Positions 45,636-55,773 of a DNA stretch of 64,000 nucleotides are shown here, piece after piece. The position numbers and the translations under genes are program-made. The first letter of the stretch is position 1, and the number at the start of each line of letters is the position of its first letter. The notes below the pieces were generated by a model. The model worked only from the letters and a program-made list of their open reading frames with translations. It ran no database searches and had not been told where the DNA came from. The stretch comes from Chitinophaga pinensis (GTDB lineage: Bacteria > Bacteroidota > Bacteroidia > Chitinophagales > CAIOSU01), in contig CAMDKI010000011.1 of NCBI GenBank assembly GCA_945901065.1, positions 16,149 to 80,148 of the forward strand, read 5' to 3'.

Positions 45636-48104
45636 TTACCCCCGCTTTTTCACCTTATCCACTTTGGGTGTATTGGCTAGCAGCATGCGCTGCTCTTTGC
45701 TCTTCAACGAGAATTTAACTAGCTTGTCGTATAACTCTTCGGGCACAAACGGCTTGCATACATAGTCGTTTACACCCAGCTTAAGGGCCTGCTCGCGTTC
45801 TTGGTTCATGGCAGCAGCGGTTAAGGCTATAATGGGCACTGCGGCCTTTAAAGGTTCTGGCAGTTTACGTATCAGTCCGGTGGCCTCTAAGCCATCCATT
45901 ACTGGCATTTGAAGGTCCATGAGTATCAAATCGAAATCGCCCGCTACGTGCTTGTCAATGGCTTCTTGTCCATTGTTGGCAGTGGTAACCTGAGCTTTCC
46001 AGCGGCTCAAGAATTTAATGGCCACTTTTTGGTTTATCACGTTATCGTCAACCAATAGTATTCGCACATTATCCAGCTTGCTGCTTTCGGCAGGCAGTAA
46101 TGGTTTTTCGTTTCTGTATAGGGCATTACCACGCTCATAAGTTAGGCCGACAGTAAAAGTGGTGCCTTTGCCCAGTTTGCTGCTCACCTGTATATCGCCG
46201 CCCTGCAATAGTACCAGTTTTTGAGTTATGGCCAAGCCAAGACCCGTGCCGCCATACTTCTGCGCCGTTTCGGCCGATGCTTGCCCAAAACTTTGGAAAA
46301 TATACTCTAGTTTATCGTTTGGTATACCTATTCCGGTATCAGCTATCGTAATTTTAAGCTTTACCTCTTCCTCGGTTTCCGCATCAATGCCCACGTGCAG
46401 GTTTACGGTGCCTTGCTCTGTAAACTTCACCGCATTCGATACCAGGTTGTTAAGTACTTGATTCAATCGGTGCGCATCGCCTTTCAGTATATTGGGCAAG
46501 TTCTCGTCAACTTGCAACAAAATTTTGATGCCCTTCTCTTCAGCCTTGAAGGCATGCGCCCTTTTAATGTTAATGAGTGTGTAATGTAAATCAAAATCCT
46601 CTTTCAAAAACTCCATCTTTCCGGCTTCTATCTTGGAAAGGTCCAGAATATCGTTGATAATAGCTAACAAATTAATAGCCGAAAACTTGAGGATGTTCAA
46701 ATTCTCCACCTGGTCGGGCCTCGGGTTTTCATCAAGCAAAATATTGCTGATACCAATAACCGAGTTCATGGGCGTTCTGAGCTCATGGCTCATAGTAGAA
46801 AGAAACTGCTCTTTGGCACGAGTAGCCTCTTCGGCTTTTTCTTTTGCCTCTAGCGTGGCTATTTCAGCATGTTTGCGTTCTGTTATATCCTCCGTAAGGA
46901 TTACAATATTCTGTATATCGCCTTTTTCGTTCCTAATGGGTGCCACGCTGGTAAGTTCGGTAAGCACCTTGCCTAGTTTGTTCCTGAAATTCAATTCGCC
47001 CTTCCAAACCGAGCCACTAATTAAGCGCCCCCAAGTGGCAGCACTTTCGGTGTCGTTTACAACACCATAGCGCTCAATTTTGGTACCAAGTATTTCGTCA
47101 ATATTGTATCCGGTAAGTTTGGTAAAATAAGGATTGGCGTAGGTTATTTTGCCCCAGCGGTCGGTGATTACCACACCAGTGGGTGTATGGTCAATAGCAG
47201 CGCTAAACAGCATCAGCTCGTTTTCGGCTATCTTTTTATCGGTTATATCTAGTATCGTGCCATCATAGTAGGGCACATCGTCTTCGGCAACAATGGGCGA
47301 CATATTTACCAAGCCCCAAAACTCGGTACCGTCTTTTCTGAGGAAAGACACCTCCATGTCCTTAATCGATTCAAGTGCTTCCAAACGTCGGTTTATCTGC
47401 TTATGGTTTTGAAACACTCGCTTTATCTCCTCTACAATTTGCCTATCTTCTGTAACGGCATAGCCCAACATACGCGCCAGGTAATCGTTTGCATACAGCA
47501 GTCTAAACTGGGTATTGATGCGGAAGATGCCGTTGTAGATATTGTTGTTTACCGTATTTAGTAAAATCTGGTTTTCATTTACCAACCGGAAAGCCTCCAT
47601 ACGGTCGCTATTTTTCATGTAGCCAAACAGCAACACCACAAAAATGAGCATGCCAAGCAAAATTATATCGTTATCGACCCTGCCAGTATAAAGCATTAAC
47701 CCAGCATAGGACAACGCCGTAAATAGGTTGTAAACCAAGTGAAGCCGCTTGGAGTTAATGAACATAATGGTGGTAATGACGACAACGAGCAGTGAAATAC
47801 GAAAGTTGGCATCAAAATCGTTGATATAGAGTAGATAATAAAAATGAAGGTTGCAAATGAACATGGTCATGAGCAACACCGTAGAAAAATACTGCTGAAA
47901 GTGGCTTGATAAGCGGGTCATGATAAGGCCCATAAGGCCTATAGTGCCTACCAGAAAACGCAACCAAAAGGGGTCGTTAACCTTTATTTCGGTAATTTGG
48001 TATGCAAAACCGATGCTGACATATACCATGCAGCCGATTACGAAAATGCGCTGAATGCTTTGTTCCTTTTTATCGGAAAAACCTTTATTGAACTTAATAT
48101 CCAC
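45636..48104 (-). CDS. Hybrid sensor histidine kinase/response regulator with membrane and PAS domains
   Basis: 822 aa with a GTG start. It has an N-terminal polytopic region, two PAS-like modules, H-box FLSTMSHELRTPMN, the HATPase motifs DTGIGI/GGTGLGL, and a C-terminal receiver (ILLVDDN...ILMDLQMP). Confidence 0.9.
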   Translation of the reverse strand: MDIKFNKGFSDKKEQSIQRIFVIGCMVYVSIGFAYQITEIKVNDPFWLRFLVGTIGLMGLIMTRLSSHFQQYFSTVLLMTMFICNLHFYYLLYINDFDANFRISLLVVVITTIMFINSKRLHLVYNLFTALSYAGLMLYTGRVDNDIILLGMLIFVVLLFGYMKNSDRMEAFRLVNENQILLNTVNNNIYNGIFRINTQFRLLYANDYLARMLGYAVTEDRQIVEEIKRVFQNHKQINRRLEALESIKDMEVSFLRKDGTEFWGLVNMSPIVAEDDVPYYDGTILDITDKKIAENELMLFSAAIDHTPTGVVITDRWGKITYANPYFTKLTGYNIDEILGTKIERYGVVNDTESAATWGRLISGSVWKGELNFRNKLGKVLTELTSVAPIRNEKGDIQNIVILTEDITERKHAEIATLEAKEKAEEATRAKEQFLSTMSHELRTPMNSVIGISNILLDENPRPDQVENLNILKFSAINLLAIINDILDLSKIEAGKMEFLKEDFDLHYTLINIKRAHAFKAEEKGIKILLQVDENLPNILKGDAHRLNQVLNNLVSNAVKFTEQGTVNLHVGIDAETEEEVKLKITIADTGIGIPNDKLEYIFQSFGQASAETAQKYGGTGLGLAITQKLVLLQGGDIQVSSKLGKGTTFTVGLTYERGNALYRNEKPLLPAESSKLDNVRILLVDDNVINQKVAIKFLSRWKAQVTTANNGQEAIDKHVAGDFDLILMDLQMPVMDGLEATGLIRKLPEPLKAAVPIIALTAAAMNQEREQALKLGVNDYVCKPFVPEELYDKLVKFSLKSKEQRMLLANTPKVDKVKKRG

Positions 48105-48190
48105 TTTAAGATTCTTTTTAGAGTTGGAGTTGACTACGTTCTTTTACGTAGGTTGTAGCTATAAGTTTCTAATTGTTATCCCCTTTTTCA

Positions 48191-48227
48191 ATAAAAATAG
48201 CCAGCACCGTATTCAACGATGCTGGCC
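48191..48227 (-). terminator. Rho-independent terminator downstream of the M1 peptidase gene
   Basis: The stem GCCAGCAcCG / CGaTGCTGGC has one mismatch. On the minus strand it is followed by TATTTTTATT. Confidence 0.7.
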
Positions 48228-48338
48228 ATGAAAAATGTGTCTTTTGTGTTTTTACCCTTTCCTTATTCTTAAATATTAGGAGTTCCCTTTAGCTAGTAAC
48301 CGCAATGGAAATGATACGCACTGCGCATAAAGGCATAA

Positions 48339-49982
48339 TTACTGCACCTCTACAACCCTTACATAAAACAAATTCTCGGCTACACTAAAGTCAGCCGTTT
48401 TTTTGTAATCAAGTATGGTTTCTTGCCACTCAGTGGTGGGGTTTATAAACTCGTATTTGCCGGGGGCTACCAATACTTTTATCGGCATGTGGAAGTCTTT
48501 AACATCTGCCACCCAACGATAGCGTAGGGTTAGTTTCTTCCTTTTCTTGGTAAGCTGGTACTCAAACTCAGGTATGTTTGGATAGCGCAAGTACTGGTCG
48601 AAAAAGTAGGTTAAGTCTTGGTTGGTGCGCTGGTTTATATAGGCAACAATTTCTTCGGTAGTGGTGGTCTTTTCGCCAAACTCTTGCTGAATACCGCGTA
48701 TAATGTCCCACCAAAGTTTGTCGTCGTTTACCACGCTACGCAGGGTATTCAGCATCAGCATACCCTTGTTGTACATATCGCCGGCTCCTTCGTGGTTCAC
48801 GTTGTATATGCCAATGATGGGCTCCTCGTTATCGATGCTTGGTTTCTTGGCATTTACGTAAGCCATGGCGGTATCATAGCCAAACATGCACTCCACATAA
48901 ATGGCTTCTGAATAAGTACAAAAGCCCTCATGAATCCACATATCGGCTATATCTTTCATGCTCACGTTATTGCCCCACCATTCGTGGCCTGTTTCGTGGA
49001 TGATGATATAATCGAACTTTAGGCCAATGCGGGAATAATCGGCGCCATTATATCCCGATTTATAGTTATTGCCATACGCAATGGCCCCTTGGTGCTCCAT
49101 GCCCAAGTAAGGGGTTTCTACTAGCTTAAAGCCATCTTCGTAAAACGGGTAGTTGCCCATATATTGCTCAAAGCATTTCATCATGGGTTTGGCTTGTACA
49201 AAGTGCTGCTTGGCCTTCTCCAAGTTGTAGGGCAACACGTAATAGTCCAAATCCAGCGTGTCACCAGTGGTATTAATATGTATGTCGTGAAAATGGGCGT
49301 ATTTGGCAATGTTCACCGTTACATTGTAGTTGTTGATGGGGTTTGCGACAAACCAATCAAAGCGGGTCCAAGCAGAATCCACCGCAACCGTTTGGCGCAA
49401 TCGCCCGTTGGAAACATCCGTTAAACCCTTAGGCACCGTTACACGAATCATCATACTATCGGGCTCGTCGCTTAGGTGGTCTTTATTGGGCCACCAAAGG
49501 CTGGCACCGATCCCTTCGCAAGCTACGCCCACAAACGGGTCACCGTTTTTATCGGTGCGCCACACTAGGCCGCCATCCCATGGTGGCAATTTGGCGGCGA
49601 TTGGCGTGCCTTGGTAATAAACCTTAAAGCTATCCATAGCGCCGCTGGTTATCGGTGATTTGAAATCAACGAAAACAGCATTGAACTCGCGGGTAAAAGG
49701 CAAGGTATCGCCATGGTACACCACAGCATCAACCTGCATGTTTTCAAACAAATCGAACTGCAAGCGGCTGAAGTTTTGCGTAGCCTTGAACTTGAACAAT
49801 GTGGAGCCAGATAGGTACTTATTAGCAATATCGACCTTTACATCAAGGTCGTAATATTGCACATCGTAGCAAGTGCGCAGCGGGGTAAGCATACCACGTA
49901 GGGTATCGCCTTTGGTAAAAGTCTGCCCGTAGCTGTAAACAGAAACTACTAGTATTATCAGGCTCAACAATATTTTTCTCAT
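48339..49982 (-). CDS. M1-family zinc metallopeptidase (aminopeptidase N-like)
   Basis: HETGHEWWGN...WIHEGFCTY (HExxH-18-E). ATG at 49982 gives the signal peptide MRKILLSLIILVVSVYSYGQ. The ORF-track start at 50066 is an extension. Confidence 0.85.
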   Translation of the reverse strand: MRKILLSLIILVVSVYSYGQTFTKGDTLRGMLTPLRTCYDVQYYDLDVKVDIANKYLSGSTLFKFKATQNFSRLQFDLFENMQVDAVVYHGDTLPFTREFNAVFVDFKSPITSGAMDSFKVYYQGTPIAAKLPPWDGGLVWRTDKNGDPFVGVACEGIGASLWWPNKDHLSDEPDSMMIRVTVPKGLTDVSNGRLRQTVAVDSAWTRFDWFVANPINNYNVTVNIAKYAHFHDIHINTTGDTLDLDYYVLPYNLEKAKQHFVQAKPMMKCFEQYMGNYPFYEDGFKLVETPYLGMEHQGAIAYGNNYKSGYNGADYSRIGLKFDYIIIHETGHEWWGNNVSMKDIADMWIHEGFCTYSEAIYVECMFGYDTAMAYVNAKKPSIDNEEPIIGIYNVNHEGAGDMYNKGMLMLNTLRSVVNDDKLWWDIIRGIQQEFGEKTTTTEEIVAYINQRTNQDLTYFFDQYLRYPNIPEFEYQLTKKRKKLTLRYRWVADVKDFHMPIKVLVAPGKYEFINPTTEWQETILDYKKTADFSVAENLFYVRVVEVQ

Positions 49983-50093
49983 CCGTTCGTCAGGTTTGTA
50001 TTCGGGTTCATCCAATTTTTCAGTTGGTGCAACAAAAATACGATAGTTTTGCACCACACCGAACATTTTTATACCAGACAGGGTTATTCGTCC

Positions 50094-51332
50094 ATGAGAA
50101 AAGAGTTGATATTTCTTATAGTTACCGTTCTACTTTTGGCTGCCGATTTGTACGCCTTTCAGGCGGTAAAAACTTCTCTTCGTGACAGTTCGGATAATGC
50201 CAAGCGCATTGGCTACATCATTTTCTGGAGTTTTACGGTCATTACCGTAGCCACTATTCTATCCAACTTTATATACTCAGTAAGAGATTGGCCCAATGGT
50301 TTAAGGTCAATCGTTTTCAGTATTATCGCCCTCGCATTTTTGGGCAAGTTGTTTATTATCGTATTCTTGATTATTGACGATTTCCAGCGGTTTATCCGAT
50401 GGATAGCTTCAATGGTTTCTGCTCCTGCAGATGGTGGACCTACCAATATAAGCAGGGCTAAATTTTTAAGCCAAACAGGTATTGTGGTCGCTACCGTGCC
50501 GTTAATTGCTGGCATGTGGGGTATATTTAAAGGCGCACACGATTATACGATTCACCGCATAAAAGTTACCTTGCCCAACCTGCCCGATGCATTTAATGGG
50601 TTGAAAATTGTTCAACTATCGGATATACATGCTGGTAGTTTCCCTTCGGCTAACCCCTTGAAGCTTGCAGTGGATATGGTAAACAAAGAAAATGCCGATT
50701 TGCTTTTCTTTACGGGCGACCTAGTAAACAATATTACCGAAGAGGTTTTGCCTTATGTTTCGGTTTTTGGGCAAATGAATGCCAAAATGGGCAAATACTC
50801 GGTGTTTGGCAACCATGATTATGGCGACTACGTAGGATGGGATTCGAAAGAAGCTAAACTGCAGAACATTGAAAACCTTAAAAAGGCACATGGAGATATG
50901 GGTTGGCGCTTGCTTTGGGATGAGCACGTTTACCTTGAAAAAGATGGACAACAAATAGCCCTTATTGGTGTGCAGAATTGCAGCGGCACCAAGAGTTTCC
51001 ATACTTATGGCGACCTAGACAAAGCCTACAAAGGCTGCGAGGCGCCCGTAAAACTCTTATTATCTCACGACCCCACTTTCTGGGATGCCAAAATACGCGA
51101 CTTTGAAGACATCGACATCACTTTTGCTGGCCACACGCATGGTGCGCAATTTGGTATTGAATGGGGTAAAGTACGCTGGAGCCCAGCACAGTATATTTAC
51201 AAGCAATGGGCTGGCTTGTACCAAAAAGGCAAACAATACATCTACGTAAACCGTGGCTTTGGCTACCTAGGCTTCCCGGGCCGAATAGGTATATTGCCCG
51301 AGATTACGGTAATGACGTTGGTGAAAGAATAG
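50094..51332 (+). CDS. Membrane-anchored metallophosphoesterase
   Basis: ATG at 50094. N-terminal TM helices are followed by QLSDIHAG, FFTGDLVNN, GNHDYG and GHTHGAQ. Confidence 0.8.
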   Translation: MRKELIFLIVTVLLLAADLYAFQAVKTSLRDSSDNAKRIGYIIFWSFTVITVATILSNFIYSVRDWPNGLRSIVFSIIALAFLGKLFIIVFLIIDDFQRFIRWIASMVSAPADGGPTNISRAKFLSQTGIVVATVPLIAGMWGIFKGAHDYTIHRIKVTLPNLPDAFNGLKIVQLSDIHAGSFPSANPLKLAVDMVNKENADLLFFTGDLVNNITEEVLPYVSVFGQMNAKMGKYSVFGNHDYGDYVGWDSKEAKLQNIENLKKAHGDMGWRLLWDEHVYLEKDGQQIALIGVQNCSGTKSFHTYGDLDKAYKGCEAPVKLLLSHDPTFWDAKIRDFEDIDITFAGHTHGAQFGIEWGKVRWSPAQYIYKQWAGLYQKGKQYIYVNRGFGYLGFPGRIGILPEITVMTLVKE

Positions 51333-51335
51333 GTC

Positions 51336-51426
51336 AATTTGAAAATGAGGTAATTTGATAATTTGGAAATGAAAAGACATTAAAAAAGTCATTTTCAAAT
51401 TCGCACATTTTCAAATTTTCAAATTA
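51336..51426. repeat. Octamer-array module (AATTTGAA dialect): two inverted arms with 12-nt spacer
   Basis: The forward arm reads AATTTGAA AATGAGGT AATTTGAT AATTTGGA AATGAAAA (51336-51375). The reverse arm 51388-51426 is the complement of AATTTGAA AATTTGAA AATGTGCG AATTTGAA AATGAC. It lies between convergent genes and overlaps the E2 stop codon. Confidence 0.9.
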
Positions 51427-52680
51427 AACAAGCATCCTCACTGGGTCTTCCAACAACGACTTGAAGGTTTGAAGGAACTGAGCACCTGTGGCACCATCCA
51501 CTACACGGTGATCGCAAGATAGAGTAACTTTCATAATAAGCTCATGGCGCAGCTCGCCATCATCATCCATTACTAAGCGCTTACTGATACCGCCAACGGC
51601 CAATATACATGCATCGGGTGGATTAATTATGGCTGTAAACTCCTCAATACCAAACATACCCAAATTGGAGATGGTGAAGGTATTGCCCTGCATTTCGGCA
51701 GGCTGTAGTTTTTTGTCTTTTGCTTTGCCAGCTAGTTCCCTTACTTCGGCAGCAATGTGAGATAGACCTTTGTTATCGGCAAAACGGATAACTGGCACCA
51801 ACAATCCTTCCTCAACGGCCACGGCTACACCAATATGGATGTGGTGGTTGTAACGTATTTTATCGCCCAACCAAGAGCTGTTTACTTTCGGGTGGCGACG
51901 CAAAGCAGCAGCAGCGGCTTTCAATACCAAATCATTGAACGATATTTTCACTGGTGAGAAAGCGTTCAATCCTTCGCGGGCAGCGGTGGCCTTATCCATG
52001 TTTATCTCCATGGTAAGGTAAAAGTGGGGGGCACTGAATTTGCTCTCGCCCAAGCGCTTCGCTATGGTTTTGCGCATTTGCGATACCGTTACCTCTTCAT
52101 AGCTCTCCACTCCTACCACAGCAGGCAGTTGCACCGATTGCTGCGCAGGTTCGGCTTTTTTGGCGGCTGGTTGGTATTGTTCCACATCACGTTTCACAAT
52201 ACGTCCATCATCGCCACTACCTTTTAGATCGCTTACACTTATACCTTTATCCTCAGCTATTTTACGGGCCAATGGCGATATTTTCAAGCGACTATCATCG
52301 GCCACTGGCTCTGGTGCTATTGGCTCAGGTTTTGCTTCTTCTTGAGGCTTATCTTCTTGCTGTGCCGCTGGTTTAGCCTCCTCCTTCTCCGTATTAGTAT
52401 CGCTCCCCTTTTCCGAGCCTAACAATGGTTTATAGTCTTCGCCTTTTTTACCCACGATGGCCAAAATACCATTTACCTGCACCGCCGCGCCAGCTTCAAC
52501 GCCAATGTACAATAGCACACCTTCTTGGTAGCTTTCTAGCTCCATGGTTGCTTTATCGGTTTCCACTTCGGCCAATAGGTCGCCCGACTTTACATTGTCG
52601 CCAACCTTTTTGTGCCAAGCCACTATCACCCCTTCTTCCATCGTATCGCTCATGCGCGGCATTCGAATCACTTCAGCCAT
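51424..52680 (-). CDS. 2-oxoacid (pyruvate) dehydrogenase complex E2 dihydrolipoamide acyltransferase
   Basis: ATG at 52680 (MAEVIRMPRMSDTMEEG). It has a lipoyl site VETDKATMELES, an Ala/Pro/Glu linker, an E3-binding segment (ISPLARKIA) and the catalytic motif DHRVVDG. The ORF-track extension to 52788 translates an octamer array. Confidence 0.9.
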   Translation of the reverse strand: MAEVIRMPRMSDTMEEGVIVAWHKKVGDNVKSGDLLAEVETDKATMELESYQEGVLLYIGVEAGAAVQVNGILAIVGKKGEDYKPLLGSEKGSDTNTEKEEAKPAAQQEDKPQEEAKPEPIAPEPVADDSRLKISPLARKIAEDKGISVSDLKGSGDDGRIVKRDVEQYQPAAKKAEPAQQSVQLPAVVGVESYEEVTVSQMRKTIAKRLGESKFSAPHFYLTMEINMDKATAAREGLNAFSPVKISFNDLVLKAAAAALRRHPKVNSSWLGDKIRYNHHIHIGVAVAVEEGLLVPVIRFADNKGLSHIAAEVRELAGKAKDKKLQPAEMQGNTFTISNLGMFGIEEFTAIINPPDACILAVGGISKRLVMDDDGELRHELIMKVTLSCDHRVVDGATGAQFLQTFKSLLEDPVRMLV

Positions 52681-52687
52681 AATTATT

Positions 52688-52834
52688 AATTTGAAAATTT
52701 GAAAATTAGGTAATTTGGAAATGGTGTGTTTAGTAATGCAATTAAAAAGGGGAGGTAAACTCAACTTGAAAAGTCTGGACTTAGCCAAAAATCATTTCCA
52801 AATTTTCAAATTTCCTCATTTTCAAATTGAATTA
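52688..52834. repeat. Octamer-array module (AATTTGAA dialect): two inverted arms with ~63-nt spacer
   Basis: The forward arm reads AATTTGAA AATTTGAA AATTAGGT AATTTGGA AATGGTGT (52688-52727). The reverse arm 52791-52834 is the complement of AATTTGAA AATGAGGA AATTTGAA AATTTGGA AATGAT and overlaps the M16 peptidase stop codon. Confidence 0.9.
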
Positions 52835-55762
52835 ATATCCAAAAATTTCTTCCAATTTCAACTCCTTAACGGGGCCCAATTGCTTGAGCACGTTAAAGTC
52901 GATGTCCTTTTTGTTACCCAAAACTAAGAAAGTATAGTTTTTACCCTTGATGTTGGCATCAAAAAAGTTTTTCAGTGCTGCCACATCCATGTTGCGTATG
53001 GCATCATAAATTTCTTTGTTTAGGTCATATTCAACCCCACGGTTGCGGGCACCTTCACGGCTCCAATAAATGTTAGCGCCTGTTGTGCGGGTGCTCTCAA
53101 TCTTTTTCAATGCGGCATCTTTAGCACCTTTAAACTGGGCATCCACTTGCGGCATATCGTTCATCAATAACATCATAGCATCGGTTGCATCTCCTAATTT
53201 ATCGGCTTGCGTACCAATGTATGCGGCAATGTAATGCGACTCGGTGTTTAAGCGCGGCACACTTACATAGGAGTAGGCCGAGTAAGCCAAAGCCTTAGCC
53301 TCGCGTATTTCTTGAAAAACGATTGACGACAAACCTGAACCGAAGTACTCATTGAAAATATTGGTAAACGGCATTAAGGTTTTATCAAACTTAGGACCTT
53401 TGGTAATCAAATAAAGCTCTGCCTGCTTCATATCATAATTTACAAAGTAAACCTGGTTTTTGGTTATCTCTAGTTCAGGGTAAACCACCGGTTTTGGATA
53501 ATCGGCCAAAGTAGCAGGCGATTTATGATATTGCTTTAGTACCTCTACTACCGTAGCTGGCTTTTGGGTACCGTAATAGAACATACGGTGCTTGAAACCG
53601 ATAAGTCCTTTCAACTTTTCGGTTAACTCTATGCCTTTTAGTTGTTTCAAATCGGCTGTGCTCAAATTGCGGGTAAATGGCGAAATGGAACCATACTTGG
53701 CATAATTTACCATGCCCCCGTTCAATATTGCTCCTTTGTTCTTTTTGTTATCCGAGCGCTTTTTCAATTCACCATCAATTTGGTTGGCAAGGGCCTTATC
53801 GTCGGGCTGCACCGATGACAAAATGTGCTCAAACAGTTTAACGCCGTCAGTAAATGACTCATCCAAGCCACTCAAGGTAACATATACCCTATCTCGGCTC
53901 GTAAATACATCAAAACTCAAACCAAGTTTAAAAAACTCCTTTTGTAGGTCTTGTGCAGTAAACTTATCGGTACCTAAGTAGGGCAAATACTCAATAGCCA
54001 AACCCAATTTCTGGTCGTTATCAGTACCCATATCAAAAATATAGTACAGGCTAAAAAGGCCATTCACATCGTTGGCTATGTAGCTCACCGGTATACCATT
54101 GCCAAGCGTTGTTTCAGTTATGAGCTTATCGTATTCTAAAAACTGGGCTGCTAACCTGTCTGAAGCTATGGTGTCAAAGTGGGTATAAAACGCCGAGGCC
54201 GTATCGCGGTTCATTACCACTGGGGTAATTACCGGCTTCTCAACCTTGTGTCGGTTAGGGTCTTCGCCGAAGTTTTTATACACCGCTACATAGTTATCAG
54301 CAAACTTGGCTTTGGTCCAATCTACCAAATCCTGCTTTTTTATTTTCGACATTTCGTCCAACTCAAAAATATAGTTGCTCCAATTGGCTCCACGGATAAA
54401 GGCATCTACAAAGTAATCGGCGCGGCTGCTGTTGCTTTCCAGTTCGCGCATACGGTTCAGCTTCAGGTTTTTAATGCAGGCATCAATCAACCAATCATCA
54501 AACTGCCCTTGTTTTACCAATTCAATTTGCGCTACCAACGAATCTTTTACTTGCTGCAAACTCTGCCCTTCGCGGGGCTGACCATACAAGGTAAATGCGC
54601 TGTAATCTACCATTTCTACAATTCCGGCCGAAGCACCCAATACGGTTTGCTTTTGGTTAAGGTTTAAGTCAATTAAGCCCGCCTGTCCATTGCTCAACAC
54701 TTCGCCCAACAGTTTGCCCATGATGGCATCTTTAGTGCCGGCACCATCCAATCGGTAACCCACGCGCACGTGCTCTGGCTGCACACCCGTTACTGTTACT
54801 TCTGTAGATTTGGCCAATGGCTCCTCTTTGGTAAACGAGAAAGGCTCAACATCTTTCTTTTGCCATTTGCCAAAGTACTGGTCAATCATGGCAATAGTTT
54901 TGTCAGGGTCTAAATCGCCAGAAAGGCAAATAGCCATATTGTTGGGCACATAGTACTTATCAAAGTAGTTGTGTATGTTCACCATGCTCGGGTTCTTCAG
55001 GTGCTCGCCTTCGCCAATGGTGGTTTGTGTACCATAAGGGTGGTTCGGGAACAACCCTTTGTACATTTCCTGCCACGATTTGCGGGTATCGCTATCCTCA
55101 CCACGGTTAAACTCTTCGTAAACCGTCTCTAACTCGGTATGGAACAAGCGCAATACCAACGTTTGGAAACGCTCCGACTCCACCATCATCCATTTTTCCA
55201 ACTCGTTGCTAGGTATATCGTTTACGTACACGGTTTGCTCAACCCAAGTGTATGCGTTGGTTCCGATAGCACCCAACGATGAAATCATTTTATCGTATTC
55301 GTTTGGCACGGCAAATTTAGAAGCCTCATGCGACAGGCTATCAATTTGGTGGTAAAGGGCTTTTTTCTGCTCAGGGTCGGCAGTTTGGCGGTGTTGCTCA
55401 TACAAAGCACTTATTTGGTCTAGCACCACTTTCTCTGCTTCCCAATTGATGGTTCCCATTTTGTGCGTACCCTTAAACACCATGTGCTCTAGGTAGTGCG
55501 CCAAACCGGTAGTTTCTTTTGGGTCTGATTTTGAACCGGCGCGCACCGCAATATAGGTTTGCACCCTAGGTTCTTTGGCATTTACGGTAAGGTATACTTT
55601 CAAACCATTGTCGAGGGTATAAATGCGGGCATCCAATGGGTCGTTGGGCACCGACTCGTATTTGTATTTTGATTCAACAGCGGTTGTTTCCTTGTCGCCA
55701 CAACCAACAGCAAACAATGCAGGTAACAATATCAATAACAAACGGAGAATATTGGATTTCAT
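52832..55762 (-). CDS. M16-family (insulinase/pitrilysin-like) zinc peptidase lipoprotein
   Basis: 976 aa. Lipobox LFAVGC and the inverted zincin motif HYLEHMVFKG (HxxEH). Confidence 0.85.
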   Translation of the reverse strand: MKSNILRLLLILLPALFAVGCGDKETTAVESKYKYESVPNDPLDARIYTLDNGLKVYLTVNAKEPRVQTYIAVRAGSKSDPKETTGLAHYLEHMVFKGTHKMGTINWEAEKVVLDQISALYEQHRQTADPEQKKALYHQIDSLSHEASKFAVPNEYDKMISSLGAIGTNAYTWVEQTVYVNDIPSNELEKWMMVESERFQTLVLRLFHTELETVYEEFNRGEDSDTRKSWQEMYKGLFPNHPYGTQTTIGEGEHLKNPSMVNIHNYFDKYYVPNNMAICLSGDLDPDKTIAMIDQYFGKWQKKDVEPFSFTKEEPLAKSTEVTVTGVQPEHVRVGYRLDGAGTKDAIMGKLLGEVLSNGQAGLIDLNLNQKQTVLGASAGIVEMVDYSAFTLYGQPREGQSLQQVKDSLVAQIELVKQGQFDDWLIDACIKNLKLNRMRELESNSSRADYFVDAFIRGANWSNYIFELDEMSKIKKQDLVDWTKAKFADNYVAVYKNFGEDPNRHKVEKPVITPVVMNRDTASAFYTHFDTIASDRLAAQFLEYDKLITETTLGNGIPVSYIANDVNGLFSLYYIFDMGTDNDQKLGLAIEYLPYLGTDKFTAQDLQKEFFKLGLSFDVFTSRDRVYVTLSGLDESFTDGVKLFEHILSSVQPDDKALANQIDGELKKRSDNKKNKGAILNGGMVNYAKYGSISPFTRNLSTADLKQLKGIELTEKLKGLIGFKHRMFYYGTQKPATVVEVLKQYHKSPATLADYPKPVVYPELEITKNQVYFVNYDMKQAELYLITKGPKFDKTLMPFTNIFNEYFGSGLSSIVFQEIREAKALAYSAYSYVSVPRLNTESHYIAAYIGTQADKLGDATDAMMLLMNDMPQVDAQFKGAKDAALKKIESTRTTGANIYWSREGARNRGVEYDLNKEIYDAIRNMDVAALKNFFDANIKGKNYTFLVLGNKKDIDFNVLKQLGPVKELKLEEIFGY

Positions 55763-55773
55763 ATTGGGTAGTA

